Origin: Veleropilina oligotropha
Lineage: Eukaryota
Direction: 5' to 3'
Assembly (NCBI GenBank): GCA_048128005.1
Contig: JBEUKZ010000006.1
Location: 124,001-188,000 of the forward strand
Length of the DNA: 64,000 nucleotides
Shown here piece after piece: positions 32,423-47,231 of this stretch. Under the pieces are notes generated by a model. The model saw nothing but the letters and a program-made list of their open reading frames with translations. It had not been told where the DNA came from and searched no databases. How positions within the stretch are numbered: the first letter of the stretch is position 1; every line of letters begins with the position of its first letter. A program made the translations under genes and the position numbers.

Positions 32423-34295
32423 CAGTACCAGTCAAAAGTTTGAGTACACCCACTGGAAACAATATATTTTTATTTTTGATCAAGTTTTATTCCACATATA
32501 GATCACTGCAGTGCAATCATTTAACAAGAGTCAGAAGAAGACGTATCCCCCCAGTGGAAAGTTAATTTTAACACTCAGTAACATCCCTGATATTAGTGTA
32601 AGCAAGATGACAGAGCCATCACTAATGGTTAATTCCAAAGGAAACATTAACAAATTTACAACAAGGGCAATAACTCTGTTATGAATCGCCGCACAACGTC
32701 AAAATTAGCAAAAGGCACCAGTTCACCGACTACAGAATACATATTGAATTTCATAAAGATATGCCAATCAGTTTATGAGATATGCTCTGGAAAAGAGAAC
32801 ATTAACAAATTTACAACAAGGGCAATAACTCTGCACAGCATTGCAATTAGCAAAAAGCACCAGCTCACAAACTACTTAATACACCCAGCAAGTTTCGTAA
32901 AGTTATGTTGAGCGGTGTATGAGATACGGTCCTGAAAAGAAAACATTAGCGAATTTGCAACAAGGGCAGTAACTGTGTTAATAATCGCCGAACAACGTCA
33001 AAAGGCACCAGTTCACCGACTACTTAATATACACCCTGCAAGTATCGTAAAGTTATGTTGAGCGGTGTATGACATACGGTCCTGAAAAGAAAACATTAGC
33101 GAATTTGCAACAAGGGCAGTAACTGTGTTAATAATCGCCTATCAACGTCAAAAGGCACCAATTCACCGACTACTTAATACACCCTGCAAGTATCGTAAAG
33201 TTATGTTGAGCGGTGTATGAGATACATTCCGGAAAAGATAACATTAGCGAATTTACAACAAGGACAGCAACTCTGTTAATAATCGCCGCTCAACGTCGAA
33301 AGTGGCAAAAGGCACCAGTTCACCAACTACTTACTACACCCTGCAAGTATCGTAAAGTTATGTTGAGCGGTGTATCAGATACGGTCCGGAAAAGATAACA
33401 TTACAGAATTTACAACTAGGGCAGTAACTCTGTTAATAATCGCCGATCAATGTCGAAAGCGGCAAAAGTCACCAGTTCACAGACTACTTAATACACCCTG
33501 CAAGTATGGTAAAGTTATGTTGAGCGGTGTATGAGACACGGTCCAGAAATGATAACATGAGCGAATTTACAACAAGGGGAGTAACTCTATTAATAATCGC
33601 GGCAAAATGTTGAAACTGGCAAAAGACACCAGTTCACAGACTACTTAATACACCCTGCAAGTATCGTAAAGTTATGTTGAGCGGTGTATGATATACGGTG
33701 CGGAAAAGATAACATTAGCGAATTTATTACAAGGGCAGTAACTCTGTTAATAATCGCAGGTCAACGTCGAAATGGGCAAAAGGCACCAGTTCACCGACTA
33801 CTTAATACACCTTGCAAGTATCGTAAAGTTATGTCGAGCGGCTTACGAGATATGCTCCGGAAACGATATAGATTGCATACAGATGGACGGCCAGACAGAC
33901 TGGGCGATCGCATCTCACTCAGAGATGGTTAGTATTGGATGAACAGGATAGAAGAGTAACAGCGAAACAACTCACTAGTGGCACACACCTCTGGAAATTG
34001 CAGCAGGAAAGATGGGAACACATGTTGGGTGATTATCTCGCAAAACTTGTAAACCGAATGCCACGTACTTGTGAAACAGTTTTCCAAGTCAAAAGTGGCT
34101 ATTTCGAGAAGTCAAAGATTTACAGACATTTCGCAAGTTTGTGGCACATTTAATTCATATTCCTTGACAATTTAGTTGTTATATGTGTTTATTTGTAAAT
34201 TAGATGTGCTAACTGATACTTTTTTTGATAAAACATTGTCAGATATGAAAAATCGTTGTTATCAACGGGTGTACTCAAACTTTTGACTGGTACTG
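32423..34295 (+). mobile_element. Internally deleted Tc1-like DNA transposon with nested repeat
   Basis: Perfect 29-bp terminal inverted repeats (TIRs) cagtaccagtcaaaagtttgagtacaccc (32423-32451 / 34267-34295) with TA on both sides; transposase C-terminal remnant 33935..34153 (WDE.DRRV...KLVNRMPRTC..V....GYF). Confidence 0.92.
32523..33905 (+). repeat. About 157-bp tandem array (7-8 units) in a Helentron-like insert inside the Tc1 relic
   Basis: cggtgtat recurs at 33211, 33368, 33525 and 33682; aacaag start and acagatggacggccagacagac microsatellite end. Confidence 0.8.
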
Positions 34296-36699
34296 TACCT
34301 TAAATATGGGTGACTTAAAGTGTTAGTTGAATGACATTTAAATATGTTACTTGGACAAGTTAATACAATACACGATTTATGCTATGAAAACAATATACGG
34401 TTAGAATATTTGAACAATTATCGATAACATGTTTATTTTGCATGTTTATAACCTAGACAATGCCTTCCGTTAAAAACAACGCGTAAACGGCTATTATTCG
34501 TTTTTCCGCGCATGACGTGTGATGAGTATTCCTCAAGCTGGAATGGTTGCTGTCAACAAGGAACGTGATATTGGCAGTTCGTCAGATACCAGTCTTTTCT
34601 CTGGAATAAAACCGGACCAACACTAATATTTTGTAGAAACGAAAGAGGGAAGTATTATTACGAAGTATTGTAGGCTACATAATTAAATAACATTATTTTT
34701 TTCCAAAATCGTTGAAGGCTTGTGGCAACATGCGTTCGGGATAGCGATTTATCGGAGAATTGTTGTTATATTCTACACAGCACATTTTTGTTCCGATGGC
34801 ATAAAACTGAATGTCACATGTCAATTCCGGGATGCTTATAAGGTCGGCGATAGGCTGGGTGCCGTTACTCGTATACAATAATGAATTATAATATTAGCAC
34901 CGACGTTGTAAGCACTCGCGATATCATCTTACCATATCGTCGTGGAGGACATTCGACCAGCCTGCATGCTATGAGCAGTTCCATCGAACGGGAGCGGTTA
35001 AGCAAGCATTTAATTTGTGCTCTTATGCAGATCGGCAGTTCAAATCCATTCATTGAATATTTAAATATGATTTATTTTGATTTGCGTCACTGAATTATAT
35101 CAAACTTTACTGACAAGTGTTTTTCGTTCACGTGAAACAGTAATGTTGACAATTGTTTACATTTGAATGGTCCGGCATACGTCACGGGGGTTTGGGCAGG
35201 ATCTAATTTAATTACGTAACTATATATACGGTACAGTACTGTAGTAACATGTATTAAGGACATCAAAAATAATATAATAGTATCTTTCTTAACATATCAA
35301 ATACTTTATTTTAATACAGCTGATTAGATTTAGTCTACATGCATAGTAGTTATAATAGCCGACACCCCCATGACGTTAAAATGGACCAGACATGGTAGCC
35401 GCGCGTGCTCCTTCCGTTCACATTTCGAGGTCATACGTTCGTAGATTTGTACAAATTTGATTCAAAATAGCAAAATGCTCATTGATTTATTAAATATACC
35501 GGATTATAACAAATATTGGATTAAAAATGCAAGCCGTAATCTACTGCATATCATAGGTTGACAACTTTGCAGATCACCATACAGGCAAGATATTAGAAAT
35601 AAGCAACCCATTGCTTTCAATGCATACTATTTCGGCCTCTAACTTTATTTATAACTAGGCCTATAAACTTATTTTTAGTAAGTACTGTACCGGTATTATA
35701 TATTTATTCAGACTATAATCGATTACGTTTTAATGAAATAATTGAGCAAATACAGCGCATGCCTTCGTCAACAAATTTACGCGACTCCGAAACATCAGCG
35801 GCGGATTGGCCGTCTGCAATCCATAAACTGACAGAATTTTCCAATTTGAATATTGCAGTTAAATAACTGTTATACGAAGTTAACAGCGCTGGTCTGACTT
35901 TAAATTCACTGTACTTCCATTATTGCACCTCTTTGCGTTGAGGGATGACGATTTCACATATCGTGAAGAAAAACGATCGAGTACCGCACTGAGTGATTGA
36001 ATCAAATGCAGACGTTCCTAAATAAAAAATATTTTTGTCATCCGTAAAGCATTATCAGAATTAAATTCAATATATTTAGTTTGTGTATACTGAATTCGTA
36101 CAGTATTACCACAAAAGAAATGGGTAACAAATGACGCTGACAACATGTAAACAAGCACTGAAATAGGTCAGCGCTAAAGCAGAAAATTTGTTACAATACT
36201 CTTGTGACGTCACATCAGAGATCGACACAGCTGGGCGTTCGCACATCGTTTTTATGAGGCGGATAACAAAAATCGTTATAACTATTAAATTGTATAACAT
36301 ATTTAAAGATGCACATATGCAATATGTAAGTTACATATTGGTGTATTAGAATAACTAGAGACTAGAACTCATTCAACTAACACTTTAAGACTACCATTTT
36401 CAACGCAGAATACAATTTTTATATGATATATGGTTCGATCGGCCTGGATCGTTGCTTAAAGTCCAATTTAATCATCTGTCAGGGTCAATATCTCAGGATA
36501 TTTCCTTATCAATATAAATATTGCAGGAGCAAAACCTGGTTGCCCTAGAAAACCTGTAGACAGCAGGCAATTATGTCAACAGTGACTGTGAATTAATCAA
36601 ATGAACAGCCGAGATTTTAATTTCATTGTTATTAATTAGAGAGATCAATTCAGTAAATCTAGAGCCACATGCATATGCAGTCCTACATTACTGGGTGGT

Positions 36700-37910
36700 T
36701 ATGTTGTATGCATGGCAGATTAATTTAAGCCTCAATATACTGTCTTCTTTTCAAAAGTAATTGTATGGCAAGTCCAATTAATCGCCCAGTTAACTGGCAT
36801 GCCAGTATTGAAACAAGATCTACATGATATCAAATATCAACCATCACTCTAAATGAAAGGAACTATGAAAACATACGACACCAATATCCAGAGATATTAA
36901 TAATGTTTGATTTATCATCAGCTAGGCCATACTGAGCACGAGTTCCAGGGAGACAATCGACAATATCAAAATAAATCAAGTCAGTTATTCAAAATTTTTA
37001 GGTGTTGTAGTCGATGATGATCTATCGTGGAAACATCACATACACGAAATAGAAAGCAAGGTGGCCAAAAATATAGGTATATTATATAAAGCAAAGCAAT
37101 ATTTACCCTCATAAATATTACCGACCTTATATAATAGTTTAGTTCTACCATACATTGAATATTGTAATATAGTATGGGGTAGTAATTATAGAACACGCCT
37201 TAATAAACTATACTTACTGCAAAAACGTGGAATTAGAATAATCTCAAATGCGCCTTTTAGGGAACATGCCACTCCATTATTTGCACAGCACAAACAGTTA
37301 AAAATTTATGATATCAATCGAATGCAAATTGGTATATTCATGTATAAATTCAATAAGGGATTACTTCCAGCATCTTTCCATGACTATTTTCAAATCAATT
37401 CACAAATACACCAACACAACACACGCAATATGGATAAATGCCATATACCATATTACAGAACTAACAAAAGATTATTTTCAATTAAAATACAGGGACCACG
37501 AATTTGGAATACATTGCAAATAACTTTACGTAATGCAAATACCATCTCCTGTTTTAAAAATCAACTCAAGACAACATTGCTTCAACAATATACAACTTTG
37601 CCATAACCTCACTAACCGAAAACATTATTTGAAAATTGACCAAAATATCCAAATCTATTAATTTAATCTATTATTTTAGCAATTTTCTACAAGAAATAAT
37701 TAACAATAATACAACATCAGGGTGTCTAAGTTTACCTCACAAGCCAGAAAGGGTTTCCTGAGACACCCTGCCATTACATCATATTACATTTCATGTTTAG
37801 TTTTATTAGTTTTGTAAATACAATAATATGTCTATACTTTTTTATATTAATGTCTATATTTTCTATTGTATTTAAATGTGCGATGGCAAATAAATGATTT
37901 TATTTTATTT
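36700..37910 (+). mobile_element. 5'-truncated degenerate LINE (CR1/L2/Daphne group) 3' fragment
   Basis: Plus-frame KFLGVVVDDDLSWKHHI...LYNSLVLPYIEYCNIVWG...LQKRGIRII, then ORF 37322..37606, ending in aataaa plus a short repeat tail. Confidence 0.8.
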
Positions 37911-40450
37911 GGAGACACCAGAGAATGATGAAGAATCAGCATTATAGCATTTCTGGGGACCAGGCTTTCCTCCTGAGATAATACGGACATGTCGTAGTTT
38001 GAACATAAAGGGTTGCTTTAAGTATCAATCTAAACCAAACCAAGCCAAAATTTATGTACAAGGAAATAGCTTTTAATAAGTTTTATTTTGCGGAAATGCG
38101 ATATCCTCAACAATTTTATACAAAAATTATATTACGTAATGTATATAATTATTTTGGATCTTTTTTATGATATAAATATTGTTTTAACTAAAATTGCGAT
38201 CACACAATATTAATTCTGTTTATTGTCCTGTTTAACAGCCAAGGTCATGTCTATTTAGAAACATATTATCGTTCAAAGATAGACTGAAATGTTTAAATCA
38301 TAAAGACAATTTTCTGTCCATTACGATCGTCTGATATTTCTCCGAAGCTCAGAAAAACATGAAAGATTAAAGATTTAAATACAGCCTACTTATTGCTGGG
38401 AGCCTGGCCTTCAAACAAAGTTATCTACTATTAAATGTTCACCATGGCAACATATATATGAACAATTAATGAGACAAGATTGAAAAATGACATTTTGTAT
38501 TAATGGCACTGCATATAGATATGAACCTGATGAAATAGTGCCAATGTGATGAGGTTATGGACCTGAAACGACCATGGCATTATGTGAAGAAAATATTAAA
38601 TGTAACGCTATGATACAAATTGTAATATAAATGTGTGAAACAAATATACTACATGTATAATACTAGTCATATTTAAACTTGACAAAACACATAAAAACAT
38701 GAAAGTTCATGTATTGAAGCTTTTAATGTGTTTTGTCAAGTTTAAATATATGACTATGTACAAACACAGATGAATTTACATGCTACTGAATAATACTAGT
38801 ACACTAGTTGTCGCAATCAACATTCAACAGCAAATTTGTAAACGTGCAGATTTAAGTTAATCTATTAAAAAATGTTCAGTACATTTACCCAAAATGGAAA
38901 ATGCATGCCAATATAGAAACATGATCAATATAGAAACCATGCAAATAAGAAACGTTACTATCGAGAAGTAAAATTAGCATATGATTCATCGTTTTGCGTG
39001 TACGGCATGACATTTTATACTAAAGATAGGAAGCAATAAAGGAGATACATTTAAACCATGAACGAAAGTAATTTGTTGTCACATCAGTCCTGGTATCAAG
39101 ATCGACAGAAGGAATCATTAGTGAGGTGTAGACTACCAATGACGACTACCATATTTGTCCGCGAATAAGTCTACTTCGCACATAAGTCAACCCCTAACTT
39201 TCACCATTTGAACGAGATACATTTGTATGATGTGCGTATAAGTCGAAACCTAACTTTTAAAAAATACCAACATCCTGGTTTTTTAAAATATATCAACCAT
39301 TAAACAAGTAAAGAAGCCTACTTATGATGTTTGACTGTGAAATGTCTAATTGGCAATTGAAATAATACATCACACTGCACATCAGACCTGGTATAGAGAA
39401 CGACAGAAGGAACCATTAAAGAGGCGTAGACTGCCAATGACTACTGCACTGCGCATCAGAGTCCAGCTGGTATAGAGAATGAGAGAAAGAATCATTAGAC
39501 AACTAGAGGAGTTGTTTTTGTGTGAACAAACACATATATGTCTCCCCATGTAAGAGAAATCACTCCATATTGAGACCCTCATGAAGTTTTGAAAGTCACG
39601 AATTGGGAGTGTAAATATATTTGACGAAATGGATGGATTTATGCAAATGTCCTGAAAGGCATAGGAACCTATGAAGATGACAAGAATTTTAGTACGTCAA
39701 AGGTCATTACGGCAAGGTAAAAGGTCATTTTCGGAAAATTACACCTTGCACAATGGCACGTTGAGGGCAGATAGCATATCACTGGAAATCATGCTGGCAT
39801 CTATAATTAAAAGGACCCGAAATCAAGCCCGGACAAGGTGTGTATCAGGAAAGTACAATTTGACCTTTGTGACCTTGACCTTTGACCGAACAAGAAAATT
39901 GAACATTGTTATATAATGTACTCACCCTCACGAAGAAATTTGCCGAAAATAATGATGGAAACAATAAAATATAAAAATAGACAGCCGCCCGGCTATCAGG
40001 AACCCCAGCCTTATATATAGCAATCAGACTGCCATATAAAATCTGTGATCTTGACCTTGCCAGTAGCCCTTGGCTAAACACTGTGCTAACTGTCCATCAT
40101 GAAGAAGTTCGGATGAAAAAATAATTTTAAAGAAAGAAAAAATTGTGAGTATATTTAGACCTCTGTGACCTTGACCTTTGACCAAAGGCCATTACCGGCC
40201 CGGACAAAATTTAAGGGTCAAAGGTCATTTCCGCAATGTCAAAGGTCATTCACGTGAAATTTCGCAACCATGCACTAGTGTATAATAAGGGTAGTTAGCA
40301 TACCATATGAAATAAAGGTAACATGTTTGGTAGCCGAGATATAGGCAGGACAACATTGCAAATTGCGAGTATATTTTTACCTCTGTGGCCTTGACCTTTG
40401 ACCAAATGCCATTTTTCGTATTTGTTATATGATGTACTAACCCTAAAGGA

Positions 40451-42571
40451 CTCAAGGAAGGCGCACCAATTATATCACAATATCTGTCACTTATATTCAA
40501 CAACTCTCTCCGCCAATCTGTCTTTCCCAAATGCTGGAAAATAGCCAACGTAACGCCCGTACATAAGAAAGGTGATAAAACTGATGTTACAAACTACAGA
40601 CCAATTTCGTTACTAAGTTGTCTAGACAAAGTATTTGAGAGATGTGTTTTTGATCATGTGCATAACTTCATAACGACCCATAATATTATCACACAGCACC
40701 AGTCTGGTTTCACTTCCAACGACTCTGCCGTTACACAACTAATGGACATATATAACACTTTTAGTAAAGCAGTGGACGATGGGAAGGAAATAAGAGTGGT
40801 GTTTTGCGATATCAGTAAAGCATTTGATCGTGTATGGCATCGGGGTTTATTATTTAAACTTCGACAATCTGGCATCTCGGGCTCTTTACTCGATTGGTTT
40901 CAAGATTATCTGAAAGATAGATCACAGAAAGTTATCATTGAAGGATCACAATCAGACTGCCTTGAAATCAAGGCTGGAGTCCCACAGGGTTCCATATTAG
41001 GGCCTATGTTATTTTTAATATATATCAATGATATAATTAATGACATTAAAGCTAATATCAAATTATTTGCAGACGATACATCATTATATATAATTGTTGA
41101 GGATCCCGTAGCAGCATCAGATATATTGAATAGTGATTTAAATAAACTTCATTTGTGGTCAAAACAATGGCTTGTAATTTTTAACCCAAATAAAACCGAA
41201 GAAATGATATTGAGTAGAAAAACTAACCCGCCTAACCATCCAAGTATCTACATGAACAACAATCAAGTCCAACAGGTGAATTCACACAAACACTTAGGCT
41301 TAAACATACAAATTAATCTTTCTTGGCATACACATATTGAGGAAATAACGTCAAAAGCTTGGATGAGGATTGCAATATTAAGAAGTCTGAAGTTCAAATT
41401 GGATAGAAAGTCGCTCCAAATTATGTATTTTTCTTTTATTAGGCCTCTACTGGAATATGCTGACATTGCACCGGTTACGAGCGTGACGAAGTTGAAAAAA
41501 TACAAACAGAAGCAAGCAGAATCGTAACCGGTGCAACTAAATCATGCTCTGTTGCAAAACTAATGGAGGAAACTAAATGGGAGTCACTGTCGCACAGGCG
41601 CTACAAACATCGTATATTATTTTTCTTCAAGATGGTCCATAATTACTCACCTGCTTACTCACGTATATTAGTCCCTCCAAGAAATCAAAACATCCATGAG
41701 CGAAACTTGAGAAACAATGCAAATCTACAGATTCCGCTATCAAGAACCAACCTTTACCAAAATTCATTCCTACCGAAAACTGTAAATGATTGGAACCTCC
41801 TTCCGGAAAATATCAGATTAAATCCCTCCATATACTCAATCAAGACTTTTTTTAATAGAAACAATTCCAGCCCTCCACAGTATTACTATTTTGGTAATAG
41901 AGAAGCTCAAATATATCATACTCGATTACGGCTGGGTTGCAGCTCGCTAAATAGTGATCTGTTTCTTAATCGAATATCCCAAACTGATGCTTGTGCCTGT
42001 GGGCATGCAGAAACACCAAAACATTACTTATTAGAATGCAATCAATATCAGCTCACCAGACAGTTAACAATAGGAACATTAACTCACCCAATTAACATAG
42101 ACATACTACTGAATGGTAGCTCTATGCTGTCCGATGTTGCAAATCTAGAGATCTTCAGAGAGGTACAAAACTTTATTATTTCCAGCAAACGATTTACATA
42201 AATAAATACATTAAGTTATATTATGATAAACGTAGAAAATCGAGACTGAATCTTATGGAATAATCACTGTAATAATTATTGTATATTCGCATGTATGTAC
42301 GCATGCACGTATGTTTGTATACTGTAGTAAATTGCGTTCCACCCTTTGAAAATATATACATGTATTCCATTGTACAAGGATTACCACTGTTTAATTAATA
42401 CGTTTCAGTAGACGACAACCATCCTTGTATAAATAGATATTATGTATATTTGTTACGCTATGTACTATAGAGGAAATAGCTTTAAATAAGATATCTTTCT
42501 TGTTGCTAAATCCTCTACTTGTATTATTGTAATGTAATCAATTGGAATATTTCTTAATAAATATTGTTTAA
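40451..42571 (+). mobile_element. 5'-truncated CR1-group LINE with 15-bp TSD
   Basis: RT motifs NYRPISLL, FCDISKAFDRVWH, GVPQGSILGP, LFADDT; C-terminal C.CG...ET..HYLLEC; frameshift about 41470; TSD actaaccctaaagga at 40436-40450 and 42572-42586. Confidence 0.93.
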
Positions 42572-43866
42572 ACTAACCCTAAAGGAATAGTTTGGCCCCG
42601 AAAAATAAAAAAATTACGAAAAATTAAAAAAATCTAAATATAGAATATTTGTGAAGGTCACTACGCAGAGGTCAAAGGTCAAATGATCAAAATTTTACTT
42701 CCATGCACAGGTTTGAAGTATAGGCAACACATCTAAGAAAAAATTAGAAGGCTAACATGTTTGGTCTCCGAGAACCGGCCCGGACAAAATTTAAGGGTCA
42801 AAGGTCATTGCCGCAAGGTCAAAGGTCATTCACGTGAAATTTCACCACCATGCACTAGCGTATAATAAGGGTAGTTAGCATACCATATGAAATCAAGGTA
42901 ACATGTTTGTTAGCCGAGATATAGACCGGACAACATTGCGAATTGAGAGTATATTTTGACCACTGTGACCTTGACCTTTGACGAAAGGCCATTTTTCGTA
43001 TTTGTTATATGATGTACTAACCCTAAAGGAATAGTTTGGCCCCGAAAAAAAAAAAAATTACGAAAAATAAAAAAATCTAAATATAGAAAATTTGTGAAGG
43101 TCACTACGCAGAGGTCAAAGGTCAAATGATCAAAATTTTACTGCCATGCACAGGTTTTAAGTATAGGCAACACATTTAAAAAATATTAAAAGGCTAATAT
43201 GTTTGGTCTCCGAGAACCGGTCCGGACAAAATTTAAGGGTCAAAGGTCATTGCCTCAAGGTCAAAGGTCATTCACATGAAATTTCGCCACCATGCACTAG
43301 CGTATGACAAGGGTAGTTAGCATACCATATGAAATCAAGGTAACATGTTTGGTAGCCGAGATATAGGCCGGACAACATGAACCGCCCGTCCGCCCGCCTC
43401 GGGCGATGACACTCAACCCCAGCTTTTTTTAAGCTGGGGTTAAAAATGACCAAATATGGAATCAGGAAAGTACATTTTGGCTTTGACCTTTGACCGAACA
43501 ACAAACTGAACATTGTTATATAATGTACTCACCCACATGGGAAAAGTTGGCAAAATATAATTAAGAAAACAATAAAATATAAAAATGCCCAAATATGGAA
43601 TTATTTTATGAAGGTAACAGTGCCAAGGTCAAAAGGTCAAAATTTTAGCACCCCGCACATGCTTTAAGTGTGGGCCATGCATCTTCAAAGAAATTACAAG
43701 GATAAGATTTGACATCAACGAGAACCAGACCGGACACGATTTCGGGGTCAAAAGTCGTTTCTGCAAAATTTTGCCGAAAAGGACAATGGCAAGATAGGGC
43801 GGTTTAACATACCAAAGGAAATCATGCTGGCATGTATAGGACCGGAGATGTAGCCAGGACAAGGTG

Positions 43867-44730
43867 CAGCCCTGTGAATTAGCGACGGCATTCGGCAAAG
43901 CCGTCGTATTTGCTGTCGCCGTGGAGATTTGCGACGGCATCCTTTTGCCGTCGCAAGCAATATGACACGTAATTTATATTTCAATAATCCCTGCTTTGCA
44001 ATCTCTAATTATACTTTAAAATGCAGTCAGAAATACATCGCATTCAATAATTTTCGACGTCTATAAATTTAAATATCGCGGCAGCCACGACATTGCATCG
44101 ACTATCGCAAAAACTTTCTGAAGCTGCATTCACCGACATGCTAGTTTCGGTTGTCGCCGGAAAGTGACGGAGATCGAGCGTGTGTCGTAAATTCCAAGTT
44201 TCTAATTCAAGTGCGTCATTGTTATAAGTCAGCCTAAACCAGTGTCAGTATTTAAAATTTTGCTATCATATGTGCCTAACTCACTAAATAAATCTATTTT
44301 ATTTGATATTTTATAGCAAAAATGTTCGTAACGATCATGATTTTTAATATGTGAACCCCGCAGGACACGTGTTCTTCACTATCAGAATCCAACTCCCAGA
44401 AATTATCGATAAACAAGTACATACTTGGACACGTTCAGTATGACATATATACAATTTTTAATACAGTTTATTGCAACTTCAGCCAAGATGCAGTAGTCAT
44501 GAGTCCAGGTAAATTCATAACAATTATCTTTCTAATTGTAATTGAATAAACTGAAGTCGGCCACTAATTGAACTTTTGCGCGAACGAAAATTGGGCTACG
44601 CAACATTGAATTTGCGCAATTTTTGGCATGCATTTTTGCATACGCAAAAAATGCCGACTCGTGCCGACGGCGTCCAGGTTTACGGTGGCATTAAAATGCC
44701 GTCGTGGTTACAGGCTAATTCACAGGGCTG
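43867..44730. mobile_element. Non-autonomous DNA transposon with CAG termini and 5-bp TSD (hAT5-like)
   Basis: 17-bp TIRs cagccctgtgaattagc / gctaattcacagggctg, TSD aggtg (43862-43866, 44731-44735), subterminal cgacggca/tgccgtcg repeats. Confidence 0.85.
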
Positions 44731-46099
44731 AGGTGTGTGTTAGAGAAAGTACATTTTGACCTCTGTGACCTTGACCTTTGACCGAACAACAATATCAAAT
44801 ATTGTTATATAATGTATTCACCCTCAGGAATAAATTTGGTGAAAAAAATTAAGAAAACAATAAAATATAAAAATGCCCAAATATGGAAATTGTTTATCAA
44901 GATCAAAGGTCAAAAGTACAAAATATGGAAATTGTTTATCAAGATCAAAGGTCAAAAGTGTGGGCCATGCATCTACAAAAAAATTATAAGGATAAGATTG
45001 GACGTCTCCGATAACCGGGCCGGACACGATTTCGGGGGTCAAAGGTCAAGGTCGAAAGTTGTTTTCGTGAAATTTTGCCAAAAAGCACAATGGCATGATA
45101 GGGCAATTTAACATACCAAAGGAAATCAGGCTGGCATGTATAGGACCTGAGATCTAGCCCGGACAAGGTGTTTTAGGGAAAGTACATTTTGACCTCTGTC
45201 ACCTTGACCTTTGACCGAACAACAAAATTGAACATTGTTATATAATGTACTCACCCTCAGGAATACATTTGGTGAAAAAAGGTAAGAAAACAATAAAATA
45301 TAAAAATGCCCAAATATGGAAATTGTTTATAAAGGTCACGGCGCCAAGGTCAAAGGTGCAAGATTTTAGCGCCCTACACACGCCTGGGGTGTGGACCATG
45401 CATCTACAAAGAAATTAGAAGGATAAGATTTCAAGTCTCCGAGATCCAGGCCGGACACGATTTCGGGGTCAAAGGTCATTACGTCAAGGTCGAAAGTCGT
45501 TTTCGTGAAATTTTGCTGAAAAGCACAATGGCATGCTTGGACGGTTTAATTTACTGAAGGAAATAATGCTGGCACGTATACATAGGACCTGAGATCTAGT
45601 CCGGACAAGAAAAGTGAAGAAGGAGGAGAAAGAGAAGGAGAACGGAGTGTAAAACAATATGTCTCTCCCATCCTTCGGATGGGGAGACATAATTATATCA
45701 AGACCACCTCGCAAACACTGCACATCAGTCCTATCATGTAGTCTGCCAATCACTGCGCATCATTCTTCGTATAGAGATCGACGGAATGAATCATTAGGTT
45801 GGATTTGGATCGATGCCTAATGTCCAGTTTTCAACAACCAGTCTGGTTCGTACCAGGACCTGTCCTTATTATCGCAGGACGAAAGCATGGCCGCAGAGAA
45901 AACTCGCCATTACCAGCCAGTTATGGACAACTATGATAGTTAACTGAACAAACGACACTCCGTCCAGAATTAGAATCCATTCCTTTTACAAGGAAGCAGT
46001 CAAGACGTATTGTAAAGCATTTACCAATTTTAATTAGATTGCCATGATAACCATATTTTAAAATGTGATGTCATTCCAATATTTGTGTATTATTCCTTT

Positions 46100-46360
46100 T
46101 AACAGCTATTAGCCTAAGGTCATGTCTATTATGGATTATCGTTGGATTGTTTGTTTGCCAACTGTGTTTTATGACCACTTTTTGAAATTTTTCAGACTTA
46201 ATGCAGTCGGGACCCACGGTTCAAGGTCTCGCTCCGATATTACCGACATACATCTATTATTTTTGAAGCAAAAGAATAAGCCGCCAGCTGGCCTCGAACT
46301 CGGGCCCTCCTGGCTGTCTCGGTCGAGTGTCTGATGCGCTATCCACTTACCCACCGAAGC
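46100..46360 (-). mobile_element. Second tRNA-derived SINE family copy
   Basis: Minus-strand head GCTTCGGTGGGTAAGTGGATAGCGC...GAGTTCGAGGCC (A and B boxes) without a complete cloverleaf; 3' extent uncertain. Confidence 0.5.
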
Positions 46361-46934
46361 AATCATATTATCATTGGAGGAAAGCTTCAAATATCCCTAA
46401 AAATTAACGTAGTCTTCTCCATCAGAAACGGCTATGGACAACCGTAACAGTCGGCTATGCATGGACAACCGTAACAGTCACGGCTGTCTTTAACCTGACT
46501 TATATATTAAAGTATCTTCATCCGCCTCTTCATTTGCGAGTCGAAGCCACACAGCTGAACCAATGCAGTCAAATAGGCAAAAATATGAACTTACATTCAT
46601 TATAATTGTCAAAATGTTCATATTATAACATAGTGGCATATTTTCATATGGCATTACATTGATACAGAATTATATTGCTTCATTTGGCATAATACATTAC
46701 CTGAAGATTAACAATCAGATATATTCACACTGTTTAAAGCCTTCATTGGCGTCATGTCAACAGTTCAAGGCTACTACTAAATCCTGTATCATATACATGT
46801 ACTAGCATTTCAGTTGTAAGCAGAGTAACTACCTACATCACATTGTATATCATTTCCATTAACAACAAGTATGTAATAGCAGCATGGTGCCCACTCTTGT
46901 GTCACAGGTGTCTTTGCTCTTCATACCTATCGCT

Positions 46935-47181
46935 GGCCGCTTCGGTAGCGCAGTGGGTAGAGTGTCCACTCTAAATTCACTGGCTTGTTTCCGCTGACGC
47001 GACCCCCGGCTGAGGCAGCACACATTTGTTCAAGTTATGAAGCACAGTTGTCCGTGACAGGCCGAAGAGGGCGGGTTTACCCGGCGACCGGGGTTTCCTC
47101 CAGCGATAACACGGACATGTCCTGCCTTGAACCTCGATGTTATAAATATACAGGACAATAAGCATAATTCCTCCTCCTCCA
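46935..47181 (+). mobile_element. tRNA-derived SINE with 16-bp TSD, B-box region deleted
   Basis: Near-identical to 14283-14536 reversed; TSD cttcatacctatcgct at 46919-46934 and 47182-47197. Confidence 0.92.
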
Positions 47182-47231
47182 CTTCATACCTATCGCTCTC
47201 ATGATGGCTTACCTTACTTCCTTGTTATATA

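Larger units (their letters stand above)
39680..45695 (+). mobile_element. Nested TGACC-rich Helentron-like repeats
   Basis: Many tgaccttgacctttgacc / ggtcaaaggtca blocks and duplicated segments of several hundred bp; terminal hairpins at about 43414-43445 and about 45658-45693. Hosts a LINE and a hAT MITE. Confidence 0.55.
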
